A stretch of 64,000 bases of DNA from an uncultured Myxococcales bacterium (GTDB lineage Bacteria > Myxococcota_A > UBA9042 > GCA-2863065), in contig CAZJHX010000014.1 in NCBI GenBank assembly GCA_964545715.1, positions 17,789 to 81,788 of the forward strand, written 5' to 3'. Below the pieces are notes generated by a model. It did not search any database, was not told the DNA's origin, and was given only the letters and a program-made list of their open reading frames with translations. The position numbers and the translations under genes are program-made. Shown here piece after piece: positions 38,343 through 48,260 of this stretch (the stretch's first letter is position 1; each line of letters opens with the position of its first letter).

Positions 38343-39863
38343 ATGAGTGGGTTCAAGTGCGTGTTGGTCGCCTTTGCTGCTTCACTGTTGCTGGCGCCGG
38401 CCGCCGCATCGGCTCAGGTCAGCCCCACCCTCAAATCGCAGGTCCAGCAGCTGATCCGGTACGCCAAGGGCGACTTCGCCGCGATTCGGATCGACAGCTC
38501 TGAGAAGGACGCCGGGGGTGATTACAACTACCGCGTCAAGGGATTCAACGCGTGCGGGCCCAAGTCTCAGTACAACAAGGTCTGGCACTGGCGCACGATG
38601 AAGGGCAACTGGGAGTACGTCTGCGACGTCGACTTCCCCAACGAGTACCCGGCCACGGCCTATTACGACAAGATGGCGGAGATCCTCAAGGCCACGCCCG
38701 GCTTCCGTTTTGAGGAAGAGAAGGTCGTCAACGGCACCACGCGCCGGCGGCTGGAAGGCTACATGAGCAACCCGCCGCTGAAGATCATGTTCGACTACGA
38801 CGTGGCGGACGACGGCAGCATCGAGATCGAGTTCTGGTTCAAGCAGAAGTTCAACCCCGGTCCGGTCAAGAGCGGCGGCGGCGCTGACAAAGGTGGCGAC
38901 GGCGGCACCGGGCGCAAGGCGGTCAGCCCGGCGTTCGTCAGCCAGATGAAGCAGCTGGTGCGGTATGCCAAAGGCAACTTCGACGCGATTCGCATTCAGA
39001 ACACCGAAAAGGACCAGGGCGGCGACGTCAACTACCGCGTGAAGGGCTTCAACGCCTGTGGTCCCAAGAGCGAGTACAACAAGGTCTGGCACTGGAAGAC
39101 CATGAAGGGCAACTGGGAGTACGTGTGCGATGTCAACTTCGACAGCCGCGCGGACGCCGACGCCTACTACAACGAGATGAAGCGCCTCATGACCAGCCAG
39201 AGCGGCTGGCGCTGGGAGCCCGAGAAGCGCGTCAACGATTCGACGCTGCGCCGCGTGGAAGGCTACAAGACCAACCCGCCGCTGAAGATCATGTTCGACT
39301 ACGACAAGGACGGATCGGGCGTCGAGATCGAGTTCTGGTTCAAGCAGAAGTTCAATCCCGGTCCCGTCAAGTCCGGCGGCAACACGACGCCGCGACCGTC
39401 GTCGGGCAAGCCCCAGGTCAGCCCCACCTTCAAAGACCAGGTGCGCAAGCTGATCGAGTACTCAAAGAGCGACTTCAGCGCGATCCGCATGGACAACACC
39501 AAGCGCGACAACAACGGCGACGACGCCTACAAGGCCAACGGCAACTTCAACGCGTGCGGCCCCCAGTCCAACTACAACAAGGTCTGGCACTGGAAGACGT
39601 TCAAGGGCAACTGGGAGTACGTCTGCGACGTGGACTTCAGCAACCGCGGGGACGCCGACGCCTATTACAACGAGATGAAGCGGCAGATGACGTCCATGCG
39701 TGAGTTCACGTGGAAGACCGAGCAGCGCGTGAACAACAGCACGGTGCGCCGCGTGGTCGGCACCCGGGACAACCCGCCGCTCAAGATCATGTTCGACTAC
39801 GACGTCGAGAGCTCCGGCCAGGTCGAGATCGAGTTCTGGCTGAAACAGAAGTTCAACAAGTAG
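38343..39863 (+). CDS. Secreted protein with three tandem copies of the same ~160-aa domain (paralog B)
   Basis: Signal peptide MSGFKCVLVAFAASLLLAPAAASA. Three repeats carry the same motif set as paralog A. Confidence 0.8.
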   Translation: MSGFKCVLVAFAASLLLAPAAASAQVSPTLKSQVQQLIRYAKGDFAAIRIDSSEKDAGGDYNYRVKGFNACGPKSQYNKVWHWRTMKGNWEYVCDVDFPNEYPATAYYDKMAEILKATPGFRFEEEKVVNGTTRRRLEGYMSNPPLKIMFDYDVADDGSIEIEFWFKQKFNPGPVKSGGGADKGGDGGTGRKAVSPAFVSQMKQLVRYAKGNFDAIRIQNTEKDQGGDVNYRVKGFNACGPKSEYNKVWHWKTMKGNWEYVCDVNFDSRADADAYYNEMKRLMTSQSGWRWEPEKRVNDSTLRRVEGYKTNPPLKIMFDYDKDGSGVEIEFWFKQKFNPGPVKSGGNTTPRPSSGKPQVSPTFKDQVRKLIEYSKSDFSAIRMDNTKRDNNGDDAYKANGNFNACGPQSNYNKVWHWKTFKGNWEYVCDVDFSNRGDADAYYNEMKRQMTSMREFTWKTEQRVNNSTVRRVVGTRDNPPLKIMFDYDVESSGQVEIEFWLKQKFNK

Positions 39864-39885
39864 GTAACCAACACGGGGGCGCCCT

Positions 39886-41499
39886 TTGACAGCGTTAGTT
39901 CTCACCACACTTCTCTGCGCCATGCCCCCGATCGACGAGCCGGTCGTCCAACGCGACGACACCTCCGGCGTGTCTGAGAACTTTGTCGACGAGGTCCGCC
40001 AGCTGGAGCGGATGAGCGCCGATAACTTCGTGAGCATCCGCACAGACTCGGCCATGAACGAGGACGGCGACGGCGACCGCAGCTACATCGTTCACGACTT
40101 CAACGCCTGCGGTGACAAGGTCGACTACAACAAGGTCTGGCACTGGCGCAGCTTCAAGGGCAACTGGGAGTACGTCTGTGACGTCGACCTGACCGACCGC
40201 GAGGCCGCGGACGCCTACTACGACGAGATGGTGCGCCGTATGCACACGATGAAGGACTTCACCTGGGAGCCGGAGGCGCGCGTCAACCAGGAGACGGTCC
40301 GGCGCGTGATCGGCCGCAAGTCCAATCCGCCGATCAAGATCATGTTCGACTTCGACATCGAGGACAACGGCAACCGCTTCGAGATCGAGTTCTGGTTCAA
40401 GCAGAAGAACAACCCCGGCGCGCAGACCCAGAAGGGCGGTCAGCCGATCGGTCCGACCACGCCCACGATCAACACGTCGCCGACCAAAACAGCGCGCGTC
40501 AGCCCGACCCTGGCCAAGCAGGTCAAGCAGCTGCTGCGCTGGTCCAAGAACGACTTCAAGGACCTGCGCATCGACTCGACGATGAAAGAGGACGGGGACG
40601 GCGACCGCAACTACAAGGCTCAGGCCGGCTTCAAGGCGTGTGGCCCGGACAGCACCTACAACAAGGTCTGGCACTGGCGGTCGATGAAGGGCAACTGGGA
40701 GTACGTCTGTGACGTGACCCTGAACAGCGAGGACGCGGCCAACGCCTACTACGACGAGATGGTCGCGCAGCTGCGGCGCATCAAGGACTACAAGTGGGAG
40801 GCCGAGTTCAAAGAGGACGGCACCACGATCCGGCGCGTCATCGGGCGCAAGGCCAACCCGCCGCTAAAGCTGGTGTTGGACATGGACCGCGAGGGCGACG
40901 GCAGCTTTGAGGTGGAGTTCTGGTTCAAGCAGAAGAACAATCCGGGACCGGCGGCGCGCGGTGGGATCAGCGTGCGTGGCGGCACCGTCACGCCGCCCAC
41001 GTCCTCGCCGGGTGAAGGCCACGTGGACGGCGACGAGGCAGCCGGAAGCAAAGCGGTCAGCCGGTCGCTCAAGGCGCAGGTCGCCAAGCTGACGCGCTGG
41101 GCCAAAAACAACTTCAAGGCCATCCGGACCGGCTCCCCCAGCGACCAGGGCGGCGACTCCAAGTATGACGTGATCATGGGATTCAACGCGTGCGGCCCCA
41201 AGTCGGGCTACAACCGCATCTGGCACTGGAAGAGCATCGACAACAACTGGGAGTACGTCTGCGACACCGACTTCGCCAACCACCGCGCGGCCGCGGGCTA
41301 CTACGACAAGATGTCGGCGATTCTGACCAAGCTGAAGGGCTTTCGATGGGACAAAGAGAAGTGGGTCAGCTCCACAACGCGCCGCCGTCTCGAGGGCTAC
41401 AACGACAAAGCGCGGCTGAAGATCATGTTCGACTATGACGCGAGCTCGGACGGCACCGTCGAGATCGAGTTCTGGTTCAAGCAGACCTACGACAAGTAG
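39886..41499 (+). CDS. Secreted protein with three tandem copies of the same ~160-aa domain (paralog C, most divergent)
   Basis: N-terminal hydrophobic segment MTALVLTTLLCAMPP. Repeats with FNACGDKVDYNKVWHWRSFKGNWEYVCDVDL, FKACGPDSTYNKVWHWRSMKGNWEYVCDV and FNACGPKSGYNRIWHWKSIDNNWEYVCDTDF. Confidence 0.8.
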   Translation: MTALVLTTLLCAMPPIDEPVVQRDDTSGVSENFVDEVRQLERMSADNFVSIRTDSAMNEDGDGDRSYIVHDFNACGDKVDYNKVWHWRSFKGNWEYVCDVDLTDREAADAYYDEMVRRMHTMKDFTWEPEARVNQETVRRVIGRKSNPPIKIMFDFDIEDNGNRFEIEFWFKQKNNPGAQTQKGGQPIGPTTPTINTSPTKTARVSPTLAKQVKQLLRWSKNDFKDLRIDSTMKEDGDGDRNYKAQAGFKACGPDSTYNKVWHWRSMKGNWEYVCDVTLNSEDAANAYYDEMVAQLRRIKDYKWEAEFKEDGTTIRRVIGRKANPPLKLVLDMDREGDGSFEVEFWFKQKNNPGPAARGGISVRGGTVTPPTSSPGEGHVDGDEAAGSKAVSRSLKAQVAKLTRWAKNNFKAIRTGSPSDQGGDSKYDVIMGFNACGPKSGYNRIWHWKSIDNNWEYVCDTDFANHRAAAGYYDKMSAILTKLKGFRWDKEKWVSSTTRRRLEGYNDKARLKIMFDYDASSDGTVEIEFWFKQTYDK

Positions 41500-41508
41500 C
41501 GCGCCTGC

Positions 41509-42240
41509 CTAGATGTCCTCAGCAGAAATAGCGTCTTCCGTCGCCTCGAGGAACACGTCCTCCAGCGACCGCCCCTTCGCCTCCAGCGCCTGCATCTCTT
41601 CGCGCCCGATGTCGATGGCGATGCGCCCTTTGTGCAACAGCGCGACGCGCGTGCAGATCTTCTGAATCGTCTCCAGGAAGTGGCCGGTCAACAAGATGGC
41701 GGCACCTGCGGCTCGACGCGCCTCCAAGACCTCCCGCATAAGGCGGGCGCCGCGTGGATCGAGGCCGTTGAAGCTCTCGTCCATGATCAGCGCCGGGGGC
41801 TCGCCCAAAAGCGCAGCGGCGATGGCCAGCCGGCGCTGCATCCCCTCGCTGTACTCGCGCGTCAGGCGCCGGCGCGCGTGCGTGAGCGAGAAGCGCTCCA
41901 GCAGCTCGCCCACGATGGGATCGGGCTTCACGCCGCGGATCTCCGCTGCAAAATGCAGGACCTCTTCGCCGGTGAGAAACGGCTCCACGCCCGCGTCCTG
42001 CGGCACATAGCCCAGCTGTCTGCGGGCCTCCAGCGGAGCGTTTTGAAGGTCGGCGCCGCCGAGCGCTGCGGAGCCGGAGTCGGGTAGCAGTTGGCCGGTG
42101 GCGATGCGCAGCGCGGTGGACTTGCCGGCGCCGTTGGGGCCGATCAGGCCGACCATCTCGCCGCCGACGACGCTGAGGTTCAGCCCGTCCAGCACGGTGA
42201 CGCGGTGAAACGACTTGTGAATGTCGGTCAGGCGAATCAT
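41509..42240 (-). CDS. ABC transporter ATP-binding protein (ABC-2/exporter type)
   Basis: Walker A GPNGAGKST, signature YSEGMQRRL, Walker B LIMDESFNGLD. Confidence 0.85.
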   Translation of the reverse strand: MIRLTDIHKSFHRVTVLDGLNLSVVGGEMVGLIGPNGAGKSTALRIATGQLLPDSGSAALGGADLQNAPLEARRQLGYVPQDAGVEPFLTGEEVLHFAAEIRGVKPDPIVGELLERFSLTHARRRLTREYSEGMQRRLAIAAALLGEPPALIMDESFNGLDPRGARLMREVLEARRAAGAAILLTGHFLETIQKICTRVALLHKGRIAIDIGREEMQALEAKGRSLEDVFLEATEDAISAEDI

Positions 42241-42248
42241 CTAAGTAT

Positions 42249-43600
42249 CTAGGCCCCCAATGCCTGCGCGAGCGCCGAGGCGCCGCCCATCAACAGCAAC
42301 ATGCCGCCCTTGACGGCCATGGAGACGCCCGCGACGTTTGGCGCAGCACGCAGCGCCAGCGGTATCGCGACCGCGTTGGTCAGAAAGAAGGCGGCGAGGA
42401 CTGCGGCGATCACCCCCAGCGTGGCGATCCCGAAGCCGGCCAACAGGGACGCGGCCGCGGCGACCAGGCCGATAGGTCCCCACTCCGTCAGCGCCAGCGC
42501 CCACTGCACACGCCGCTCGTCCGCGGGGTCAACCGCCAGGGCGCGGGAGTCATAGCGGGTGCCGAGCTCGGGTCCGGCCAATCGAAAGACCGGCGTGAAG
42601 ACGGTGACGCCCAGCACCATCGCCACCAGCGCCGTCCGCAGCGGCCCTCCGGGCGTGTCGGCGGTGTTGAGCGCGTAGATGGCGAGCACCGCGGCGGCGA
42701 CGAACAGCAGTGGCAGAACCACGCGGAAGCGACGGCGATACTGCAGGATGTCGCGGCGCCAGACGGGCTGTGCCGAGGCCGGGAGATAGCGCCCAAGCTC
42801 CTCGCCGAAATAGTGTCGCGGCAGCGCACCCTCACGCCACGGCGGCAGCACCTCGGCGTCGGCGAAGCGGGGTGAGATCTTGTGATGGTCGGCCACGAAG
42901 ATCCGTTGAGCGGTGACCAGCGCGACACCGGCAGCGACGGTCAGCGCGCCACCGACAACGATCATCGGGCCCCAGATCCCGCGCGTGACGCCGGTGGTCA
43001 GCCCCAGGTCGCACAGGATGCCGACGGACAGCGCACCCACCAGCGCCATGGCCGGACTGTAGAACAGAAACGCGGTCTCGGGCGGGCCAAAGCCGGACGC
43101 CATGTAGCCTTTGAGCTTGGTCGCCTCGTCCAGCAGGGACTGGCCGGCCCACATATGCGCGTAGATCGCGGCGGCCAGGCCCCAAACCAGCGCCCCCAGA
43201 CACGCGCCGACGCCCTGCCCCCACGCGGCGACCTGGCCGTGGGTGATGAGGGTAAATCCGGACGCGACCGGCAGCAGGACCAGCGGCAGGTGTACGCAGT
43301 AGACCTTGATCACCTTCCATACGAACATCGCCTCGGGCCGCACGGGCAGCAGCATCAGGCGTGAGGCGGCCTCGTCGCGATACAGAACATCGAAGCTTGT
43401 GTAGCCGAAGATCAGCGCGGCGGCGGTCATGCACCAGAAGGCCCACAGCTCTACCCGGCGCTCGAGACCTTCCAGATCGCCGGGGCGCAGCAGCGCATCG
43501 CCGGCCAACACGAGCCCGACCACGGCGCCGACCAGGCCGGCCAATACGCCGAGCTGTCCAAGCCGCCCCAACGCCCGCCAGCGGTTGCGCCCAACGGCGC
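42249..43600 (-). CDS. Polytopic membrane protein, probable ABC-2-type permease partner (start uncertain)
   Basis: Highly hydrophobic, with about 10 predicted TM helices, immediately upstream of the ATPase on the same strand. The ORF-track frame extends further upstream as antisense of deoA, so a GTG/TTG start near 43600 is assumed. Confidence 0.55.
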
Positions 43601-43694
43601 GCTGCAGCCTGAGAATCGTGCCCAACACGCGCCCAATCTCATTGGTGTGGGGCCAGGTGTCAACTCGCCCTAATAGGGGTATGCTCGGCCCACA

Positions 43695-44999
43695 ATGAGA
43701 TTCGTAGACCTGATCCGCAAGAAGCGAGATGGCGAGGCGCTGAACTCGGCTGAGATCCAGGCGGTGGTGGACGCGATCACCGCGGGGACGGCGCCGGATT
43801 ACCAGCTGTCGGCGCTGCTCATGGCGATCTTCCTCAACGGGATGACCACGGAAGAGCGTGGACAGCTGACCCGGGCGATGACGCACAGCGGCGACGTGCT
43901 GGACCTCAGCCACATCCCGGGCGGCAAAGTCGACAAGCACTCGACGGGCGGCATCGGCGACAAAGTGTCGCTGTGTCTGGCGCCCGCGGTGGCGGCGTGC
44001 GGCGTGATCGTGCCCATGGTGTCGGGGCGGGGCCTGGGCCACACCGGCGGCACGCTGGACAAATTGGAGGCGATTCCGGGCCTGGTGACGCGCCTCACAA
44101 CCGAGCGATTCATCGAGGTCACCGAGGCCTGCGGCTTCGTCATGGCCGGACAGTCGGGCGACATCGCCCCCGCGGACAAGAAGCTGTACGCGCTGCGCGA
44201 TGTGACGTCGACCGTGGAGAGCCTGCCGCTCATCGCCAGCTCGATCATGTCCAAGAAGCTGGCCGAAGGCATCGGCGGGCTGGTGCTGGACGTGAAGGTG
44301 GGATCGGGCGCGTTCATGAAGACCATGGAGGACGCCCGAGAGCTGGCGCAGGCGCTGGTGGACATCGGCAAGCATGTGGGCGTGGCGACCACGGCCTTCA
44401 TCACCGACATGGACCAGCCCCTGGGCAACGCCGTCGGCAACGCCAACGAGATGGCGGAGGCCCTGGACGTGCTGCGCGGCGGCGGTCCGGACGACCTGGT
44501 GGAGATCACGACGCTGCTGGGCGGCGAGATGTGCGTGCTGGGCGGCGCCGCGAGCTCGCTGGACGAGGGGCGCGCCATGATCACGGCCGCTATTGCCGAC
44601 GGGTCCGCGATGGCCCGAGCTCGACGGATGATCGAGGCGCAGGGCGGCGATCCACGGGTATGCGAGCAGCCTGAGCTGCTGCCGTGCGGTCCGGTCACCG
44701 GCGACGTCAACGCGACGCAGGACGGCTTTGTCCGCAGCTTCCAGACCGAGCAGCTGGGTCACATCGTGATCGGGCTGGGCGGCGGTCGAAACGCCGTGGC
44801 GGACGAGATCGACCCGGGCGTTGGGCTCCACGTGTTCAAGAAGCGCGGCGATCCAGTGACAGCAGGCGACACCCTGGCCCGGGTGACGGCTGCCGATGAG
44901 CAGAGCCTGGCGACGGCGGTGACGGCCCTGAGCGACTGCATCGAGGTCGGGGACGCCGCGGTGCAGTCCCGACCGATTCTCTTGGAGGTCATTCGCTAG
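43695..44999 (+). CDS. deoA: Thymidine/pyrimidine-nucleoside phosphorylase
   Basis: Family hallmarks DKHSTGGIGDKVSL and GRGLGHTGGTLDKLE. Full length is 434 aa. Confidence 0.9.
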   Translation: MRFVDLIRKKRDGEALNSAEIQAVVDAITAGTAPDYQLSALLMAIFLNGMTTEERGQLTRAMTHSGDVLDLSHIPGGKVDKHSTGGIGDKVSLCLAPAVAACGVIVPMVSGRGLGHTGGTLDKLEAIPGLVTRLTTERFIEVTEACGFVMAGQSGDIAPADKKLYALRDVTSTVESLPLIASSIMSKKLAEGIGGLVLDVKVGSGAFMKTMEDARELAQALVDIGKHVGVATTAFITDMDQPLGNAVGNANEMAEALDVLRGGGPDDLVEITTLLGGEMCVLGGAASSLDEGRAMITAAIADGSAMARARRMIEAQGGDPRVCEQPELLPCGPVTGDVNATQDGFVRSFQTEQLGHIVIGLGGGRNAVADEIDPGVGLHVFKKRGDPVTAGDTLARVTAADEQSLATAVTALSDCIEVGDAAVQSRPILLEVIR

Positions 45000-46483
45000 T
45001 GGCGCGGTTCGCTCGCTTCATGCGGCGCACGCTTGCGACGTGTACCGTGCTGTTCGTCGGCTTGGTCTGCGCCGACGTCTATGTCGCGCACGCACAGGCT
45101 GAGAGCACGCCGGAGGTCGCGGCAGAGTCGGCGGACGCCCCAGTAAGCCTGCGAGACCTCAAGGCGCAGCGCACGCCGACGAGCATCGGCGAGCGCGCCA
45201 TCGCGTTTCTGGGCATCGGGGTCCTGGTGTTTCTGGCGTGGCTGCTCAGCGTGGACCGCAAGCGCATCAACTGGCGCCCCGTCCTCTGGGGTATCGGCCT
45301 GCAGTTGATTTTGGGATTGATCGTGTTGTCGCCAACGGTAGGAGACTTCTTCTTCGACGTGGTGAACAGCAGCGTGTCGCGCTTGTTGAGCTTCAGCGAG
45401 GCGGGGGCGGACTTCTTGTTTCAGACCGTCGAGCCACACGAGGTCACGACCTTCGATGCCAAGGGCAACAAGGTCACCAAGACCTACATCGGCCACATCT
45501 CACCGCCGCTGAAAACGGTAGCGTTCTGGATCCTGCCCACGATCATCTTCTTTTCAGCATTGATGACCATCTTCTACCACCTTGGAATCATGCAGTTTCT
45601 GGTGGGGATCACCGCCAAGATCATGCAGAAGACCATGGGCACCAGCGGCTCGGAGAGCCTGAGCGCGGCCGCCAACATCTTTGTGGGCCAGACGGAGGCG
45701 CCACTGGTGGTGAAGCCGTTTATCGACAAGATGACCATGTCCGAGCTGAACGCCATCATGGTCGGCGGCTTTGCGACCGTGGCGGGCGGGGTCCTGGCCG
45801 CGTATGTCGGCTTTCTGCACACGGCGTTGCCCGATATCGCCGGGCACCTGGTCGTCGCCTCGATCATGAGCGCCCCGGCGGCGCTGGCGGTGGCCAAGGT
45901 CATGTTTCCCGAGACCGAGGTCTCCGAGACGCGCGCCGGCGCCGAGCTGCACGTGGATCGGCCGGACATCAACGTCGTCGAGGCCCTGTCCCGCGGCACT
46001 ACCGAGGGCCTCTCGTTGGCGGTCAATGTAGCCGCCATGCTGGTCTCGTTTGTCGCCATGGTCGCGCTGGTGAACTTTCTGTTCGGCGTGGTTGGAGACC
46101 TGGTCGGCCTGAAGCTATCGCTGGAGGGCGCGCTCGGCTGGCTGTTCGCCCCGATCGCGTGGTGCATGGGCGTGCCCTGGGAAGAGTGCACGATCGTGGG
46201 CCGCCTGCTGGGCGAAAAGATGGTGCTGACCGAGCTGATCGCCTACATAAATCTCGCGGAGATCCTCAAGGATCCCGGAGCTCTAAGCTATCGCTCGGCA
46301 GTGATTAGCTCCTACGCCTTGTGCGGCTTCGCGAATTTCGCCAGCATCGGCATTCAAATTGGCGGCATCGGCGGCATCGCTCCGTCACGTCGCGGCGATC
46401 TGGCCAGGATCGGCGTGCGCGCGATGTTGGGTGGCACGATCGCCGCCATGATGACGGCAACCATTGCGGGGATCATCTTATGA
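44999..46483 (+). CDS. Concentrative nucleoside transporter, NupC family
   Basis: The GTG start overlaps the deoA stop (TAGTG). NupC core motifs are present (GITAKIMQKTMGTSGSESLSAAANIFVGQTEAPL). Confidence 0.85.
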   Translation: MARFARFMRRTLATCTVLFVGLVCADVYVAHAQAESTPEVAAESADAPVSLRDLKAQRTPTSIGERAIAFLGIGVLVFLAWLLSVDRKRINWRPVLWGIGLQLILGLIVLSPTVGDFFFDVVNSSVSRLLSFSEAGADFLFQTVEPHEVTTFDAKGNKVTKTYIGHISPPLKTVAFWILPTIIFFSALMTIFYHLGIMQFLVGITAKIMQKTMGTSGSESLSAAANIFVGQTEAPLVVKPFIDKMTMSELNAIMVGGFATVAGGVLAAYVGFLHTALPDIAGHLVVASIMSAPAALAVAKVMFPETEVSETRAGAELHVDRPDINVVEALSRGTTEGLSLAVNVAAMLVSFVAMVALVNFLFGVVGDLVGLKLSLEGALGWLFAPIAWCMGVPWEECTIVGRLLGEKMVLTELIAYINLAEILKDPGALSYRSAVISSYALCGFANFASIGIQIGGIGGIAPSRRGDLARIGVRAMLGGTIAAMMTATIAGIIL

Positions 46484-47316
46484 CAAGCCTTTATGACCGG
46501 GTCATGGCAACGCGTGACCTTATGTACGAAAAGACGCAGAGCGCGCCAGTGCTCGGCTTCATCCTGGGCAGTGGGCTTGGCCGGCTGACAGAAGCGCTGG
46601 AGAACCCCAAAGAGGTCCCGTACGGCGAGCTGCCGCACATCCCCCAGTCGACCGTGCCGGGGCATGCCGGACGCTTTGTGACCGGTACCGTCGCGGGCGT
46701 CCCCGTCGCGATGCTCTCCGGTCGCAGCCACTTCTACGAGGGCCATGACCTGTCCGAGCTGACGATCGGCGTGCGCGCCATGATCGCGCTCGGCTGCAAG
46801 GGCATCGTCGCGACCAACGCAGCCGGCGGCATCCACACCGAGTTTCGGCCGGGCGACCTGATGTGTATTCGCGACCACATCAACATGCAGTGGCACAACC
46901 CGCTGCGTGGGCCGCCGGACGAGCGGCTCGGGCCCCGGTTCCTGGACATGACGCTGGCCTATGATCGCCGCCTGCGACGGATCCTGCACAAGCGGGCAGA
47001 CGCGCTGGGCATCGCACTACACGACGGCGTCTACGCGGCCATCAGCGGCCCGTCCTACGAGACACCGGCCGAGATCCGCATGATGCGCGTCATCGGCGCC
47101 GACGCCGTGGGCATGTCGACGGTGCACGAGGTGATCGCAGCTCGACACGCGGGCGCCCGGGTCGCCGGCATCTCGCTGATCTCCAACCTGGCCGCCGGCA
47201 TCGAAGACGCCGAGCTCAGCCACGAGGAGGTCACCGCCATCGCCAAGCGCGTGGTCGATACGCCGATCAACCTGTTGAAGTCCTTTATCCCGCACGCGGC
47301 CAAAGAGCTCGGATAA
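46480..47316 (+). CDS. Purine nucleoside phosphorylase (PNP/MTAP family, PunA-like)
   Basis: The ATG of MTSLYDRV overlaps the nupC-like TGA. PNP motifs GSGLGRL...HAGRFVTG and GPSYETPAEIRMMRVIGADAVGMSTVHE. Confidence 0.85.
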   Translation: MTSLYDRVMATRDLMYEKTQSAPVLGFILGSGLGRLTEALENPKEVPYGELPHIPQSTVPGHAGRFVTGTVAGVPVAMLSGRSHFYEGHDLSELTIGVRAMIALGCKGIVATNAAGGIHTEFRPGDLMCIRDHINMQWHNPLRGPPDERLGPRFLDMTLAYDRRLRRILHKRADALGIALHDGVYAAISGPSYETPAEIRMMRVIGADAVGMSTVHEVIAARHAGARVAGISLISNLAAGIEDAELSHEEVTAIAKRVVDTPINLLKSFIPHAAKELG

Positions 47317-47724
47317 GTGGCGCTCACGGACGCGCAGCGCACGGAGCTGGTTCAGGCGGCGCTGGACGTGCGCGCCAACGCTTACTGCCCGTACTCCAAC
47401 TTTGCGGTCGGCGCGGCGCTGCTGGACACCAGCGGCGGCATTCACCGTGGCGTCAACGTGGAGAACGCCTCTTATCCGGTCGGCGTCTGCGCGGAGCGAT
47501 CAGCGATCTGCAACGCGATCACGGCCGGCGCCACCGAGTTCGTCGCGGTCGCCCTGGTCACCCAGGTCCCACATCCCATCGCCCCATGCGGCATGTGCCG
47601 GCAAGCGCTCAGCGAGTTCGGCGATCTCGTGGTCCTCATGGCCACGCCCGACGGAGCATTTGAGGAGACCGTCATCAGCGAGCTGCTACCCGCGCAGTTC
47701 GATCCCAGCCATCTGGATGCATAG
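47317..47724 (+). CDS. cdd: Cytidine deaminase
   Basis: GTG start directly after the PNP stop. Zinc ligand motifs CAERSAI and PCGMCRQ. Confidence 0.85.
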   Translation: MALTDAQRTELVQAALDVRANAYCPYSNFAVGAALLDTSGGIHRGVNVENASYPVGVCAERSAICNAITAGATEFVAVALVTQVPHPIAPCGMCRQALSEFGDLVVLMATPDGAFEETVISELLPAQFDPSHLDA

Positions 47725-47740
47725 AAGAGAGAGGGAAGTT

Positions 47741-47764
47741 GCCGGGCCCCAACTGGGACCCGGC
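47741..47764 (+). terminator. GC-rich hairpin downstream of cdd (possible intrinsic terminator without a T-tract)
   Basis: GCCGGGCCCcaactGGGACCCGGC stem-loop seen in the sequence 17 nt after the cdd stop. It lacks a U-run, so terminator function is uncertain. Confidence 0.3.
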
Positions 47765-48021
47765 CGATGACCTCGACACCCTGTAAGTTACGCACAAACC
47801 CTGAGTTGGAGGAGAGCAGTGTCCGCGGAAGGAGGGTCGCGAGACACAGCAACCTCGAAAGAGCGCTCGGCCATCGCCCCCAACAGGAGCAATGCGCGTG
47901 CCACGCCGTCGAGCCTTGTGATATCGGGCGCCTAGGGCCCTTGTGGCTCAGAGTGAGAAAAAAAGGATGACATTCATGTCACAGCGTGGTCTATGACACC
48001 TCGTTCACAGGAGGTGCGACG

Positions 48022-48216
48022 GTGGTGAGTATTCGTAACATCGATCGAGAGCGCGGAATTCGCGAGTACACCTTCAAGTCTCGCAGCCGCGTGGGCGTAA
48101 AGCGCGAGGTGCTGACCTATTGGCACCAGCACCGCGGCACGCTCGGCCTGACGCTGAAGGACTTCCTGGCGCGCTGCCGCATCAGCTCGGACGAAACAAC
48201 CGTCATCTTCAAGTAG
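48022..48216 (+). CDS. Small basic hypothetical protein (about 64 aa)
   Basis: Strong AGGAGG RBS at 48009-48014, then a 7-nt spacer and GTG. The product is MVSIRNIDRERGIREYTFKSRSRVGVKREVLTYWHQHRGTLGLTLKDFLARCRISSDETTVIFK. It is preceded by an unusually AT-rich stretch and a 9-codon mini-ORF. Confidence 0.4.
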   Translation: MVSIRNIDRERGIREYTFKSRSRVGVKREVLTYWHQHRGTLGLTLKDFLARCRISSDETTVIFK

Positions 48217-48260
48217 GTCATCTTCAGGGCCCCGGCCCCCCCTCATGCTACCGTCGCTCG

